A stretch of 64,000 bases of DNA from Euglena gracilis (lineage: Eukaryota), in assembly GCA_039621445.1 (NCBI GenBank), contig CP154954.1, forward strand, positions 8,558,634 through 8,622,633, in the 5' to 3' direction. The notes below the pieces were generated by a model. That model saw only the letters and a list, made by a program, of their open reading frames with translations, made no database searches and was not told the DNA's origin. Below, piece by piece: positions 61,873 to 64,000 of this stretch. A program made the position numbers and the translations under genes. How positions within the stretch are numbered: the first letter of the stretch is position 1; each line of letters begins with the position of its first letter.

Positions 61873-64000
61873 TAGACACCCTGTAGCTGTGGTGGGCACC
61901 CCCCTTGTTAACACGAAGCCTGGTCTGGTGCTTAGCTGGGTTTCATCCTCTCCCCGTGCCCATCTGCCAGGAGTGGAGGGGGTTCCAATCGCAGGTGTTT
62001 CCTGAGGGGCATAATGTTGCTTCCACGCTTCCGGTATTGTTTTGGAATTCTCACAGAGAACCTGCTTTCGGTTCCAAAAACCCCATTTTGGGTAGAATCT
62101 GGTCCGCAAGCAGTTTTTAGATTTGGCTCTTCATTCTGGGCCGAAAATTAGTCATTTTGGCCCTACACCCTGTTAGAGACATCCCTTGCCCGCGAGTCAG
62201 GTCCAGGGATTCAGGGCCCAGGTTATTTTTTTTTTAAAGGTTGGACCCCCAGGGGTGGAGGGGAAGTTAGGGCGGGTGGTCCCCCCTCACCCGGGACACC
62301 CATCCTCCCACCCCCAAGGCCCCCTGCCGGACACGGGGGTTTGGCCATTTTGGCCTTTTCGGCGCGAAGCGCCAGAAGCTGTCTTTGACCCAATTTGATC
62401 CCCAAACAGTGGTCCCCCGGCCCCCCCCCCCCAGAGGGGGAGGGGATACTCCCTCTGTCCCTGGGTGGATGGGTCTACCTCCCCACCTTGCCTTTGACGC
62501 CGCTTGTCCATGTCACACCCCCCCCCCGTGTCAACCACACTTTTCCTGTGCCCAAAGTGGTTCTTTTTGTGTCACAACGTGTCACAACGGTGACACGTTG
62601 TGACCCCCCCCCCCGCAACTGCCTTTTTCCTGTATTTTGGCGTGTTAAGGAGAAGGGGGAGGGAAGGAAAAAGAAACCCTGGTGGGGTCCACTGACCCAT
62701 TTTCTCTCACCTGGCGACAAGCGATGCCTGATGCGCTGGACCAAAAAATTGGTTCCTCCAAGTTTGAAGAATTCGCTCTTTGGCCTTTCAGCCAACTTCG
62801 AACGTACGCCTCTTTGGCATAACTCCCATGGAAGCCTGCGATGCTCAGGAAGAGCTCGACAGACGACCAGGACCATTATTATTTGCCCATTCTCGCCTTC
62901 CCTGCTGCAGCAGACCCAAGACCCATGCCAAGCATCGACCTCCCCACCCTGTGCCAGAGAGCGCTCCTCCAGCCACTGAAGGGCGCGCTCAACCCTCACC
63001 TCCTACTGCGCCACCTGCTCCAGGGTTGGCCAGGGGGCCGCCGGGGGTCTGGGGGGTGAGATGTGTGTTACGGCGGGGGGGGGGATAGGCACACACGTGG
63101 CTTTCTGTTTTCATTTCCCCCGGTTTCCCTTGATTATTCGCTTACTGTGCGTCCTCGGTTTTTTTCTCCATTTTTGTTGTTTTTTGTCCCCCCTGGCGGA
63201 TGTGTTCTCCCACCAGTTTTCAACGTTGCATTTGCCCCTCGGGGACTTCCAGCTTCACTGCCCGCTGCACACCGGCAGCTCCCCAGCATGATCACGCACG
63301 TGTTCATGCCCCTCAGCGTCGTCTCTGCGCTGGGCTGGCCTCGGCAAAGCACTTGTGCGGAAAACACCCCTCACCACCCGGTGATGTATGTTATTATATT
63401 ATTATTATTGTATAATTATATGACATATTATTATATAATCATTATGCATGGTGTTCCAAAAAGGTTTTTGTATATATTATATATTATATATATATTATAA
63501 TATATATAATATATATAATGATATATAATATATATATATACAACCCTATATATTATATATAATAAAACCCTTCCACCCCCCCCCCTTTTTTTTTGTTCTC
63601 TCCTCTCTCCTCTCTCTCCTTCTCCTAATCTCTCTCTCTGTCTCTGTTCTACTTCTCTCTCTCTGCTTGTTCCTCTCGCCCCCCCTCTCTCTTCATCCTC
63701 TCTCCTTCATCTCTCTCTCTCTCCTGTCTTCTCTGTCTCCTCTCTGTCTGTCTCTTTTTCTCTCTCTATCTCCTCCGTCCCCCTCCCCCCTCTCTCTCTC
63801 CTCTATCCTCTCTCTACTACTCTCTCTCTCTCTCTCTCTCGCTGCGGTGATAGTGTGTGCACATTAGCACGACCTGCCCCACACCCCAGCCAGCTGTGCC
63901 ACAAGGCTGTGTGCAAATCTGAGGCCAGTTGTGTGAGAGCAAAATTGTTTAATTTGCGACCTTTTTTTTGTCTGCCACTCAAATCAGAGCCCAGGCAAGG

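Noticed and set aside
63270-63330. Kinesin-like LRGMNTCVIMLG
   Set aside because: No following P-loop (GQTGSGKT) exon found in the window

Overview
Intron-rich eukaryotic genomic DNA, very probably a euglenid (Euglena-like). Short GC3-rich exons are separated mostly by non-GT-AG stem-loop introns with the geometry exon|N3-CDG...CHG-N5|exon, plus a few canonical GT-AG introns. Three + strand genes were reconstructed by hand: (1) the 3' part of a lipid-transfer-like protein with two VASt/StART-like domains and a C-terminal GRAM domain (<1-27292); (2) an EHD/sarcalumenin-type dynamin-superfamily ATPase with a long Pro-rich tail in place of an EH domain (~31676-52440); (3) a ~131-aa basic protein (54532-59942). 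Introns are packed with MITE families (8-bp TSD, TA TSD, TTAA-like), microsatellites and decayed retroelement fragments. The most striking feature is a whole nonconventional intron (42159-42321) that is an intact 155-bp MITE with perfect 12-bp TIRs and a perfect 8-bp target-site duplication. The 3+5 nt splice geometry removes exactly one TSD copy, and a longer relative lies at 872-1770. This points to a hAT-like intron-generating (introner) system. All exon boundaries are manual inferences with no transcript or database support.
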